Below the pieces are notes generated by a model. It searched no databases and was not told the DNA's origin. It saw only the letters and a program-made list of their open reading frames with translations. From assembly GCA_977016875.1 (NCBI GenBank), contig CDRNST010000122.1, positions 1,736,001-1,800,000 of the forward strand: a stretch of 64,000 nucleotides of DNA, given 5' to 3'. How positions within the stretch are numbered: the stretch's first letter is position 1; every line of letters starts with the position of its first letter. Shown here in pieces: positions 44,201 to 57,265 of the stretch. The stretch is from Pavona decussata (lineage: Eukaryota). The position numbers and the translations under genes were made by a program.

Positions 44201-47200
44201 GAAAGTTGTAACTATTGCATTCTATGTTAGATTTGGTGGTTACCTACATCGACTGATTATCTGGGGCGCACCGCAAAACGGCTGTTGTCAACCCCTTGCC
44301 CATCATGTAATGCTTTCAGCGCGCGGGAAAAGTTGCGCCAAGCAATATTAACGTCATGTGAAAACGCAGGGAAAGTCACCTCCTATCTTGGCTATTAGTT
44401 CACTGATATCCCGTGTCCGAAAGTAACGGCCCGAGGGCTTATGAACGTTAATTGAAAATTTTGATCCATGGCTTGACCAACGCAGTTGGACAGTAACATT
44501 CCTCTCATTAAGCAGTTCTCGTTGATTCCGGCCGTTTCTGTTTTTCATGGTGGTTTGCAGCGAGGTCAAGAAGGGAGGTCTCGTTACATAACCCTTTTTA
44601 TTTCATAAAATTAACCTTTGTGCCATATAGATGGTTCTACCTTTTAAATTAATGCTCTTAGCAGTGTGTCCATTCAAAGAAAACTCCTGAGCAAGATGTT
44701 CCTGTGAGCGATTCGGGATTTTCGGGTCAAGTTCGATTCGGGATCTTCTTGGGACTAAAAGGATTTGAAACATTCCGAAACTTGTTCAACCGGTATTTAG
44801 ACTTTCGAGAAAAGGCCTACAAGGACAAGAGAAATTAAAATTACCAGTTTTAATTTATAAAATATTTTAGTATACTTACAGCAATTCAAAAGCTTCATCT
44901 CAATTAGCATAACGCTGACAAATCTGGTTTATGCCGGATAAAATGTGGACAAAATCCAAAAACATGAAAACAGTTCGTAAGAACATTCTGGTGGTGCTGT
45001 GTGCGGTAACGTTTGAAGCTGTTGCTTAGAAAAATGCTGCATAAGGTCTTTCACCTACGGTTTCTGAATGCACAGCTGTATTTGATTTCGTGGACAACAA
45101 CTAACAACTTTAAAAGGTCGGGCAGACTGTTGATACTATATCGAGAAGCTACCGCGTGGATGAATGAATAGTTACAGTGCGCCATGAGTAAGTTATTACT
45201 AAAAACAAATGTTAGCAAACTCCTGGACGTTATTTCATATGTCTTTCGACTGCTTTGATTCTAACTTTTTCAAAGTTCTTAACAGATTTTTATACGTGAA
45301 TTGCAATCCATACATTCGCTCTTCAATTGAGTTTCCGCCGCCGCCGTCATCGTTTCAAAAAATCAATTCGGGTTATCGTTCTGTAATCAAAAACCATCTC
45401 GACCTGCTGTATTACAAATGTGGTGAAATAATATCATTTATAACAATGTTCTATTCATCTATGAAGATTGCTCGCATACTCAGACTTTGTTGTATCATCA
45501 GTATCCTGTCTATATAAAGGACGGGGAGGGGTGGGTGGAGAGGGGGACGAATCTTATTATGTTATGTGTAACATAGGATATGCCCTTGTTCACTGGTAGA
45601 AAAATGCCATATCGTTTCTAAAATTAAATTAAGGTTCGAGTTTTGACCATTTATTCTCACAAAAAATCCCAGGGATATTCTTTTCTCCCCCACCCCACCC
45701 CCGAAGCTTGAACGCTAAGATGTGATAAGGTGTCGTTTGTATTAAACGCCCTCTGGCTGTGCCACATGTACGTTCCACGGATTTCAGTGTAGTGTAGTGT
45801 AACACTGTTACTCACTGGAATTCAAAACGGTGTATACAAGAAAGACTCAAGCATCCAAATACATCCTTTGCTAGGTACGTCATGAATCGACCTGACACAT
45901 TTACGAATATGGTAACAATACTTCTATCAAATGTAAACGTAGACCTGCCTAGATTTTATGTCGAGATCGATGCATAACACTTATACCTCTTGGACAAACA
46001 CCTTTGAGCTATTAATATCACAAATTTAAAACCCGTTGATGTAAAAAGACCTTTTTCAGATTCAGTGAACGTTTCTCATCTTCTGGCTTTAGCTGAGAAG
46101 CTAGTTTTTCGCGAACACATGTTCTAGGGTCGTTAGAATCTGTCGTCATTACAATATTTCTTTGTTGCCCTTTCGACAAGTGGTTCCCCACAACACTGCA
46201 TATTGTTTGCATTGTACCGTACTCTTCTTTTCGCATATTGCCTGAACCTTTGCCTCATGGTGTTGTGTCAACCTTGACAAAATGCATTGTTTCCAATCTT
46301 CCTTTTAATTTCTGTAGACTGGTGTGGGGTCTTTAGCGAAGCTAACAGTAATAAAGTTAAATGGGTCGTATATAAATATAACCTAGCTGTGGATGAAATC
46401 TTCAGTACAATTGGACCATTGAAAAATAAACTCTCGGTTGAGCAGTACTTTTCTGTCTCAGTTGTGTTCAGTTAAGTTTACTGAACAGGCTTATATTTGT
46501 ATTTGTTTTGTATTGGTTGCGATATGGTTTGCATTTTCAAGTGCTTTTTCGAACAGAGTCCAGCTTATCTTCGTAGATTTTGAATGTAAACTGGCAATTA
46601 CCCTCCTGTGCTAGAGAAAGGCAGGTGTTATTAATCTAAGTAAGTAAGTAAAGTGGAATACAGTAACTTCATAGGCCAATTGAAAGTTAGATTTGTATAA
46701 TTGAAAGGTAAAAAGTAATTTGCCGACAGTAATGAAATCATATCCATTTGCTTATGCCTCTCGCCTCTGGCACTGAGGGCTGTATTCAATCTACGGAAAT
46801 GCCTTTGTTAGACAAGATGATTCACCGCGAGCGAGAAGCAGTCAATACTCTATCTAAATCTAAATGGAACAAATGTGCTGAAATGTCATCGCAGATTAGT
46901 TTGATACACAGATGTGCCAAGCACTGTGTGAGACGGCGACGGAGTGTTGTGATATGAGCGTACCTGAAAGTATTATACTATATTCGCGTTTTTGCTGTGA
47001 TCCGAAACAGGTCACTGTTTTCCCCTCAACTTGAGGTAATTATTGGCCGGAAATTAAAAACTAAATTTAGTTAGAGATATCACTTGAAATGTGAGTGAAG
47101 TTCATTTGAGTAGATTTTTTGTGTGTGTGCGTTTCAGGCATTGATTTCCACGACAAGTGACCAAACAGACGTTGCAACGCAAGTAAATACTTTAAAGGTA

Positions 47201-50200
47201 ATATCTTTCACGGGCGTTAATTGCTCTTACTATTCAGAACTGTGATCTGATTGAATAGTTTAGTGAGTTGATTAATGACGTTATATGGTTGAGAAGATTA
47301 CAAAACTAAGAGAGTACTGGCAGTCATAAAACGACTGAAAGAAAAGTTAAAATTGCTTTCTAAGTTTTGTCCACGCAGTTGGACATCTTAGATGTAGGTG
47401 GACAAGAATAGCTATTTAAAAAGTTGAAGAAAACAACAACATAGTACAGTCTATCCAGTATGTCTGATACATGATACGTGGAATCACGAAAAATTTGCAC
47501 AATGCGTGGGTATAGAGAAAATTTATTTCACCTTATCAATACACTTCAGTCGCGAGGGCAGAGGGACGTACTGCTTAGCTGTACGAGTGAGACCCATTTA
47601 GGGGCGGTGCACATCTTGTATGCAAATCCTCTTAAACTGTAGATCATTGTATTCCAAAACCGCACGCTCAATATCCCGGATTCTCCATTCTTAATATCCC
47701 GTATGCTCAATATCCCAGATTCAGTCTGTTCTTATTATCCCGTATACCTGTAATCATTCCTAAATGTTCCGTGCCCCTAGAACATTTTGCCCAATATCTA
47801 ACAGGCCTTCATGAATGACTATCCTAAATGGTTTCATCTACCAACTCTAACTTTAAGGTGTACATAACGAATAAATAGTATGACATGAAAACGCTGCCCC
47901 GGAAACAGCTTTCATTTGAATATTCTTGATCACACTTCAGTTTCTCGTTCTCAGACTTAGCAGTCAGACGTTGTACAGCGTAATAAACCGCACCACAGGA
48001 AAGTAATGCCCAGTAGCTTTTATTTGAATGGTGGCACTTAATATAGGATTTTATTCACAGGCTCAAAAATTAGAGTCACTTTGTACAACAATTAGCACCA
48101 CTCCACAGTACCTTTCAGATTTTAGTATTTCGTCCACATGACCCGGGCATAATAACCAGCACCACAGAAAAATACTCCTCAACAACTTCGATATCACAAA
48201 GAGAACCGCCCGGTCAAAGTTTGACTGTTGTTGATTTTTACTGCAGAAAGACGTAACAAGGCAGCAACTGAGAAGAATATTAGAATCGGATCTTTAAGAT
48301 GATCAATCCAGTTGCATTTGTATTGACGTTCGCCATCGTAATTTGGTGCTCCACAGAAGGTTAGTTTAAAACGTTACATATCTATCGTAACAGAATAGAA
48401 TCATGATAAAGGAAAGAGAGAAAATTGGGGCGGAAGGTCACAGATGAACACAGACGAACAAGGACAGATTTTTGGACGGCAGGAAATCTGAACTGCATAC
48501 CTTGAGTTCAGTTGTCGATGATCATCGTCGTAAAATCAAGAGATATTAAAGATTATAATACATTCCTATTTAAAGTTTGTTTCCCCGCTTAAAAGGTGCC
48601 TTGACTTTAAGCCTTTTCCGTCGTTCAAACTTCGGACAAAACTAAATGTTTGTACAAATGAAGCTAGCCGGCGACAAAATGTCTAAACATTGACCTTACT
48701 TTCTCTGATTAAAATTATGGCAACATGGAGCATCAATCAATTAATAGCACGGCTGTTCAAAAAAACATAATATTTTTCAGCATATCCTAACCTCAGTCAA
48801 ACTGGAAACAGTTGTACTATGATTCAGCTGAATGCGTCATTTGCGTGTGGTGAATATATGTAGCAGTGTTCTTTTAATGTAGAAGAAGATAATTTTGGCT
48901 GGACAAAACTACTCATTTACTTGCGTTATAAGTAGATTTTAAGAAACTCTTAGGGGTCCTTAGGGGACTGCTACAGGATGCTTCAACCTGAAATCCGCCG
49001 TAAATCCGGAAATCGTGTATCTTGGGAAAAAGAACTTTGCGATCGCCTGAAAAGTGTGCCAAAGAAATGTCCGAAACCTCCAAAATGTCCGAATAATTTC
49101 GAAGTTAACTAAGCAAAGAAAGGATTATAAGGTTATGTTATCACCCTGTAAATCAATTTGATTAACCACTTCCCCAACGGCACGTGTTTCAGCATTACGA
49201 AATTAGAGCGCTGCTAATTCGATAGATAGTTGTTCCCGGAAAATCACCTCACCTGTGTTCTTCGATTGGGGAAGGTTTAAGCCTGTACGCATTCTGTAAC
49301 TCTTGTTCTTGAGAATTAACTTCTGTGGATTTCTTCTGGTTAAAACATTGGGATCTTTGATCCCCTCCCTCCATACTATGTTTGAAACGTTTTGCACCAT
49401 TGGTAATTTTTTTTTCCTTGTTTACCCTTAATAGACTTACATGAAAGGGGGTTTGGCTGGGCTAACTAATACACGCTTGAATAAAAGCCGAAGTGAAAAG
49501 TTTTCTCCAGCTGGTTGTTATCTCAGTTTAGTTCAATCTTCCTTGTCTCCTGTGCGTTATAAAGACACAATTCTTCGTGTACACCTGTCATCAATTCGGG
49601 ATTAACTCCAGAGTGGCGCAGCGCGTGTAGCTTGTGGGGGCTTTGACGGTTTCAATTGCATCCGCTACTTGATCTAACGTATGGCAGACGTGACGCGATA
49701 ACAGCTACTCCAGTGCAGTGCGGCGGAATCCATTTAAGCCTCATTTGTAATGTGCAGAATAAACCACATTCCGTGACTGTGTGATGCCGCAAGAAACTGG
49801 AAACTTTTAAATTCGGAAATACATCAACCGATTACAGACACCGTTGGAAAGACACCAAACCAGACATAGCGTATTTATCATAACACAAGAAAACCCAGTA
49901 AGGATAACAGTCAAGTGGTTCTGCACCAAACGTGCAGATAGGTCATGCAATACGCCTTTTGACCCTCTTTCCAGAAAACTTACAGATGTTCTAATGAAAT
50001 CATAAACTTGGGTCAGTTCCGTTTGAAGTCAGACAAACGCGAAATCTTTCTATCGCCCCTTTATCATAGTTCTCTTCCTTGATTTCCACACGCGTATCGT
50101 GTTTGTGGTTTATTTTTTTTTTTTTTCACTTATCCCAAGAGCGGTCTCTTTCTTATCCTCGTTAGTTTAAACATTGATCTCTTGTCTCCTGATAATCTCT

Positions 50201-50545
50201 TGTCAATTTAATTGTCTTAATTCTAATTTTGTAGTGATCCGTGAATTGCTTGCGGGTGTCCACGTCCGGTTTTTAAAACACCCAAAGAGTTTTTGGAGCC
50301 CGCAACTATTTTTCAAATCCGTTTTCTACCAATTAATGGTAGTTTTCCGTGCAGACTTGCCCACTGTGTTTCTTAATCTTATCAAATTTCAGTTAAAGTT
50401 TTATCTTTCAGCATTAAAAAAAACTGAATTTCTAGTAATGAAAATTGTCCGTGCAATATGTTTTTTTGGTTGCCTTAAAAATGATTTGGGCCCGGTTTGG
50501 AGAAGCGTACGCGATTTGAAGTTTGTGGGTATTACCAAGCATTTT

Positions 50546-50765
50546 TGACACGACCCGGTCATTGTATCAAAGCGCAAATAGGTGTAAATTTATAGTCCTA
50601 AATTTGCTACATATTTGCTCCAGTTGCAAAGTTAAGTATTTTTTCGTCCAGTGACACGACCCCGTCATTGCATCAAAGCGTAAATTTCTGGCAATTTTAG
50701 AGCCCTAAATTTGCTACAGATTTGCTCTAGTTACAAAGTCGAGTAAATCCGTTTTCTCGCCCAGT
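50546..50765. repeat. Diverged 106-bp tandem duplication
   Basis: TGACACGACCC..TCATTG.ATCAAAGCG and CTAAATTTGCTACA.ATTTGCTC repeated from 50546 and 50652. Confidence 0.8.
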
Positions 50766-51137
50766 GTCATGATAAACATGACGTACTCTTGTGATGAGTT
50801 CATCTGATTTTGTTGTTGTTAGTAAAACATGGGCATAGCGGTATTAAAATGTTCAAGTACTTTCTCTTGCCTATCTCTTGTAATCTAACGCCCGGCTAGA
50901 AAACGGTAGGCAATATTCGCTAATCAGCCATAAGTACTGTACTTTGTACTCGAGGGTCGTTCTCCGCATAGCTAATTTGTAACTGACCGGGACCGGGGGC
51001 GGATTACTGCTAACATGCCACACTACACGGTTCGCGAGGTTGTCACTGGTATAAAAACAGAGGCAAAGACAAAGATTAATCGCAGCAGTCGATCACAACC
51101 ACAATCGTTCTCTTCGTCAGGTAGAATGGAATGGATA

Positions 51138-51310
51138 CAGTCGGACCTCTATTAAGTGGCCACCCTCCATTAAGCGGCCACTTTCCAAAGTCCCGAATTA
51201 CTATTTTGTCAGTAAAGTGCTGTATTCGATACCTCTATTCAACGGCCAACCTCTATTAAGCGGCCAGTTTTCAAAGTCCCCAGGGTGGCCGCTTAATAGA
51301 GGTCCGACTG
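51138..51310. mobile_element. Tc1/mariner(pogo)-like MITE with TA target duplication
   Basis: TA-CAGTCGGACCTCTATTAAG ... CTTAATAGAGGTCCGACTG-TA. Confidence 0.9.
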
Positions 51311-51816
51311 TATGTTAAGGCTTTTGAAGATTCGAAGGTTGCTGCCTTCAGATTGAAAATTAATTTCTAAGTCTTCACCATCACTTTTTTCGCCTGGGGA
51401 ATAGGGTGGGTTGGGGAATGAATAGGGCTCCTCCCATTTACCCTTAACAACCCCTCCCCCACCCGCTCTTCTTTATTTAATCACCGCGCGGCTCCTTCTA
51501 CTTAGATTGCTGTTCGATTTCGTTGGAAATAGACCCATACCATACAGCACTCAAAAATATTAATTCACTATGGGCCATTGCCTTGCTTTTCAAAAAGAAA
51601 AAAAATTATCGAGCCACACGTTTGTATCCTTCATTTCTTTTACCGTTAGTTGGCACATACTCGGATTTAGCAGTTCCTTCGGTCGCATAAATACTTGGTG
51701 ACCTCTTCGGGAACTTTCTGCCGCCCGTAAGAACTACGGGGGGGCCGATGTGTAGGTTATTTTAAAATTCGCAGTATGACATGGGGCGCCTCGGTAAGGC
51801 GGCGCTTCTCTCTGTT

Positions 51817-52629
51817 AATTTTTTTTTCTGTCGCGTTTTCATTCATAAGTTGTTTTTCCGTTAACCTGGAGCAAGGTTCTCCATTTATGCAGGCGACAGG
51901 CGATTTTCACTACTTGTAAACAACACCTTAGCTGGAACTTTGACTTAAACCACTAAAAGATATGTGAAAGATCTGAAGAATTTGGGCTGATTTTCCACCT
52001 ATTCTCAATTTTTCTACTCCAATTCTATCTGAAGACGAAAACCCTACTGGAGCGGCTGACCTTTGCTATTCAAAAACGTTATTGGAATTTTTTTTTCTGT
52101 CGCGTTTTCATTCATAAGTTGTTTTTCCGTTAACCTGGAGCAAGGTTCTCCATTTATGCAGGCGACAGGCGATTTTCACTACTTGTAAACAACACCTTAG
52201 CTGGAACTTTGACTTAAACCACTAAAAGATATGTGAAAGATCTGAAGAATTTGGGCTGATTTTCCACCTATTCTCAATTTTTCTACTCCAATTCTATCTG
52301 AAGACGAAAACCCTACTGGAGCGGCTGACCTTTGCTATTCAAAAACGTTATTGGAATTTTTTTTTCTGTCGCGTTTTCATTCATAAGTTGTTTTTCCGTT
52401 AACCTGGAGCAAGGTTCTCCATTTATGCAGGCGACAGGCGATTTTCACTACTTGTAAACAACACCTTAGCTGGAACTTTGACTTAAACCACTAAAAGATA
52501 TGTGAAAGATCTGAAGAATTTGGGCTGATTTTCCACCTATTCTCAATTTTTCTACTCCAATTCTATCTGAAGACGAAAACCCTACTGGAGCGGCTGACCT
52601 TTGCTATTCAAAAACGTTATTGGAATTTT
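51817..52629. repeat. Three essentially identical tandem copies of a 269-bp unit
   Basis: CTGTCGCGTTTTCATTC at 51828, 52097, 52366; AATTTT microhomology at the junctions. Confidence 0.97.
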
Positions 52630-53628
52630 AATTATCTCATCGGTGCAATAATTTCTGAACAACACTATTCTCAGAGAGAAAGTTCCCTCAATATTACGAA
52701 GGTGTTTTGCGACGACAGCCCCGCACCTATGTGAACCGCTAATGATCTATACAAGGTACTAGCCTCCCACATTTTTCTTCTCTTATTTTGGCACATTTTC
52801 GTAATTTTGGTTTATTTTTGTTAAGGATTATTCAGCGTGGTTTTGATCTTGTTAATCGGGTGTAATACTCAATTTCAAGCGCTTGAAACGGGTCAGCGAC
52901 GGAAGCCGGGATACATGTTATCCGCAAACTGAGCCGAGCGTTCCAGGAAGGCGGCTATTAGCGTTTTAGCTTGCTGTAAAGGAAACCACATTATGATCAA
53001 ATGCACCTTGTCTGGTGACCTTTGCTGCCAAGTTTTTATTTTGCGTGCTGGTTTCTTCCATATGCTGTGTTCCTTATTTCTGTTTTTCCGCATTTAGGTC
53101 AGGCAAAGATCCTGTTTTTAGTAATGAGAACACTACAAGAAAACTATCTTGTTGTTGATTGATAACTTGCCTTAATCTACTGCGGAAATTTAGTGCCATT
53201 TTATAGCTTGGGTGTGATCTGTCTATTGACCCCATGTGTGGAATAAAACATGCTGAAGAAGGAGAGAAGCGAAAACAACCGTTTGTCTTCGAAAGAAAGG
53301 CTTTTGTACCTTTCCACAGATGTTTGGACGCGGTAGCAAAATATCTCCGAGCTTCATACCAATTTCACACTTGCGTGTCATGAATTGCTTAGCTATGTAA
53401 ATGGTCTGTGTACAGTTTGGGTGACGCCGGCACACGAACCTTATCACGTGATAGGTGTTAAGCTTTGTCTGCACCTATCGTACAAACTGTAAACGCGAAA
53501 ATCTGCGCTTAAATTCATGCTGAGATGAATTGACGTGACCCTCTCTTGCTGCGCACAGCCCTACTAGAATCGGAAGTAGCTGTCATTTCACCGTCACTTG
53601 TGTCTGCCTGTCAGCTCAATGCCAGTGT

Positions 53629-53817
53629 TATAAAGGCGGGGGTATATAAACTCGCAATCCCGGTAATCCATTCAATGCTTCAGTGTACGTCAGACGTGAA
53701 ATCTACTCAAGCGATTTTGGGCTTTGACTGAAGGGCCAAAAATGCACTTGAAATGTACTCGACTGTTGAAGGGAGTGCTGTTGGCTGTGATATCTGTTCA
53801 CATAGCAAATGGTACGT
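53629..53817 (+). promoter_or_regulatory. Candidate TATA promoter and first exon of follistatin
   Basis: TATAAA-GGCGGGGG-TATATAAA, Inr-like CCATTC/TCAGT 25-35 nt downstream, donor ATG|GTACGT at 53812. Confidence 0.4.
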
Positions 53818-56800
53818 GCACGTGTAACTAGTCTTTGCAATTTGTTTTATGAATCAAGCGGTGTGCGTCAACAACCACGTCCGAACGTGTTTTACTTTTC
53901 CACGTTAGTCTCTTTGTACAGATCTTTCGCATGACGACTTTGCGCGTTTCCAATTCTCGTTTAGTTCTCGTTGACACTTTTAGTTCCCCTAGAAATGGCT
54001 GCTTTTGTTTATTATCCGGTTTAGTGAAGGTTTTTAGAAAAAAGAAAACGTAAAGTAAACTCAAGCATTCCGCACCATATTAAGAAAATCCTCGCCTCTC
54101 TTGGGTTCCTTTTCCTCTGCTGCAGAGGTACGTTCTCTGAATTTTCAGACTGAATATAAACCACGCTGATAGTTCAAAGAGTCTCCTGCGTGCGCGCACA
54201 CAGGGAAAAGAAAAACGTCTGGCACGTTTTTTTTTTGTCACGAGAAGACCATATACGCCAGTTTTAAAGTGGGTTGTCCTATATTTAACTTCGCTGTAGT
54301 TGTGTTTCAAATTTCCTTGAGAATTACAACTTAATTCGGGCATTTAGTCAGTACAAATTAGGTAAAATGTTGTAGCGTTTAATGAAGAAGGGCTTGATAT
54401 GTAACCTTCTTGGTGCGTATAAACTCATTTCACATGTGCGCACTTTTCAGCGTCTTTCAGTAATCAATGTAAAAACATGCCGGTACATTTTTTTTCACTA
54501 GCAATCTGCGAAAGCGTTTTCGAGCAATCCCATTTTTCTAGATACTAATGAAGCAGCAGAACGTACTGCCATGGCTTTGTTGGCTGATAAAATCGTGTTT
54601 TCTGTTTTTTGACGGTGATCAATGTGTCTATTCCCTTTGTGCGTGCTATAAACCAGAGCTGTCGCTTTTTAAGCTTTAGAAGATGTTGATTTTTGGGCCT
54701 TTTTAGAGGCAAATGTGATACAGTTTGCGTCTCGTCTCCTCAGCACATTAGTTTTATTACAAAACTATTTTTGGCCCCCAGGTTTGAATTGTTTTTTAAA
54801 TTACCAGACATAGCAAGAGATAGACGATATGGGCCGGGGGAATGTGTAATTACAAATTGAGCCTCCAAGCACGGCCCGGGGGTACTCCTCGAAATCCCTC
54901 ATGGGAAATCCTGACCCAACACGCTATATATCTTTTGTCACCAGTCAGCAATTTCAGACCAATGTGGTTCACAAACCATACTCTTAGGCACGGCATAGCC
55001 CGGAATAGGCCGCACCCAGCGTCTTTTTATTTTTTCATATTTGTTTGTTTAGCTCCCGGCTTAGAATCAAGCAAAGTATTTCCAAAACAATCGATAAGAG
55101 CATGTAAACATTTAAAGAAACAGATTGACCTTGGCTTGGCTTGAGATCAGAAGGAGAGTGCTTGCTTTCTTCCGTGGAAATTTAAACGGTGACAATTTTA
55201 CCTGTAGTTTTGAAAGGGGCGCATGAAGCGAACCGCAGGATGGCGTTTTATATTTCATCATTTAAAACAAGGGTGTCCTGTAGAGGCATTAAAAAGAAGT
55301 CAGGTTATCGATAAAAATCGCAGAGCACGCAAGCAGTGTTTCGAGGAGCAAACAATAGAGTTTGTTTCGGTCATTGTGAACTTTACCCAGCGCTGGACTG
55401 GCGCGCGGACTGGATACTAATCTGCGTCGTTGGTCGGTTTTATCTCGCTGCCAAGTAACCCGCGATCCAAGAGAAAGAAACATTGTTACACAATCAGTCC
55501 CTGAATATATAGTGGACACTCTTTCAACCGTACACCAAAACGTTTAGCCTAACCCTCAAAAGGTGGCAACAGGCTCGAAGTGGTTTGGGCTGGAGTGGTC
55601 CACTACACGTCAAAAGAAGCAGCCTATTTCATTTTCGAATCTTTCTTTCTATACCTTCTGAGGCCGGAAATTTTAACTTGTTTAAGTTTGACAACTGTTC
55701 GGCTATAGACGTTTTTTAAAGGAGAACACCTCCCTGTCTTTGTTTTTTATATTGCCAACCAATTGTCAATTGTCCTTGAAAACAAATCAAATAAAACAAT
55801 GTTTTATGTCCTCGACCTTAGATTAGATTAGATTCACCGGTTTTACGATTCATCGTTTCTGTCTACTCGACCTTTGCGTCCACAACGTTTGTTTTCCATA
55901 ACTACTGGTACGTAGATAAAAGGGAATATGCGTTTGTGGGATCTTTGATCTTAACTATTAGGAGCCCAACTCAACGAAAACATATATGAATGCAAAATAT
56001 TTAAATGGCGTTTGATGTGTTCTCAGATCGTTTGGTGGCCTTTTTTAAAATGGCGAATTCGTGTAATCTAACACGGTGCCATCTGCTTGGTGAAAATTGA
56101 AGTCGCAGATAGTTTTCGGAAGTAGAATTCTTATTCTCCAAGTGGCCTTCCGAGAATGTTAACTGTCCTAATTTAGCACCTTAAATGGTATTTTTGTCGC
56201 TCCAAAAACAGAAGGAATTATTTTTGCAGTGCTGCGAAATGTGTTTGGATGACCTTTTGCCAAAAGAAAATTCCAGGTTTCCATCATAATTTTATTTCCC
56301 AGTAAGTTCTGAGGTCGCTAAGGCCTTTCGAATAGATAATTCACCAAAACCAACGATTGATTGCTCCTGAAAGAACTGGACAAAGGCGATTAAAAAAATC
56401 ATATATAGTTAACCAGTTTAAAGCAATACCGAATATAACATTCGAAAAACAAATCAAGGAATGGTTAGATCAAAGAAATACTCAGACACGCCGTTGACGG
56501 TGACCTTGAAACATTGAGGCTAATTTTTCTCAAGCCGCACAAGTTTGGAATCGTAGGTGGTAAGTGTATTCAGTTTTGAAGTGGTTTTGAATTTCTCGAC
56601 GCCGATCAACGTTGTTGTGAACTTGTGGTTGTGTTTCACTAACACAAAAAAATCTATTTTTGGATAGATGCCTAGCTGGTTGTTTTCCTTTTTTTTTTTT
56701 TTTTTTTTTTTTTAAGTCCATCGAATAGCCAGATTGGCCGTAAGCTGTTCGCCAACTAATCCAAAGATTTTTTTACTTTCTGCGGGAATGCCATTCCCGC

Positions 56801-57265
56801 ATAAAGTAAAAAAATCTGTAGTTAATTTACAAGTGGGAAAGCTCCTGTTTTTTTTCCCACAGTTAGCTTATTTCAGCATGTAAACAAACCGGAAATAATC
56901 TTTCATGGCACACAGCTTGTTATTTTGGTGTAGGATAAAGCTTAGTGGTGGAAACTATCAAGTTATGTTTTGTCTATCAATGCTTGTTGACAACGGAGAA
57001 GATTAACGAGTCTTACAAGAAAGACTCTGGGTAAGATGCCACAGCGTCTAAAATCGTCGTTTTTCCGTTCGCTTGTAAATCTCGCTGCTGGAACCTCGTT
57101 CGCAAAGAAATTTCTTAGCAATGACGTCTTAAACACTTTTCTGCAATATTCGTTGCTGCGAAGAAAACAAAACTAAAACTTGTAAAATGCATATTGTAAT
57201 CCAATTGATATAAAGAGTATTAGGGGAATGGTTGATTAGGTTGTCGCGCGACAAGTTTCAAGAAA

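Noticed and set aside
45840-46960. Short ORFs of 62-72 aa in the intergenic tract
   Set aside because: No recognisable domain or consistent splice structure.
51624-51631. Isolated U12-donor-like GTATCCTT
   Set aside because: No associated exon or downstream branch site found; expected by chance.
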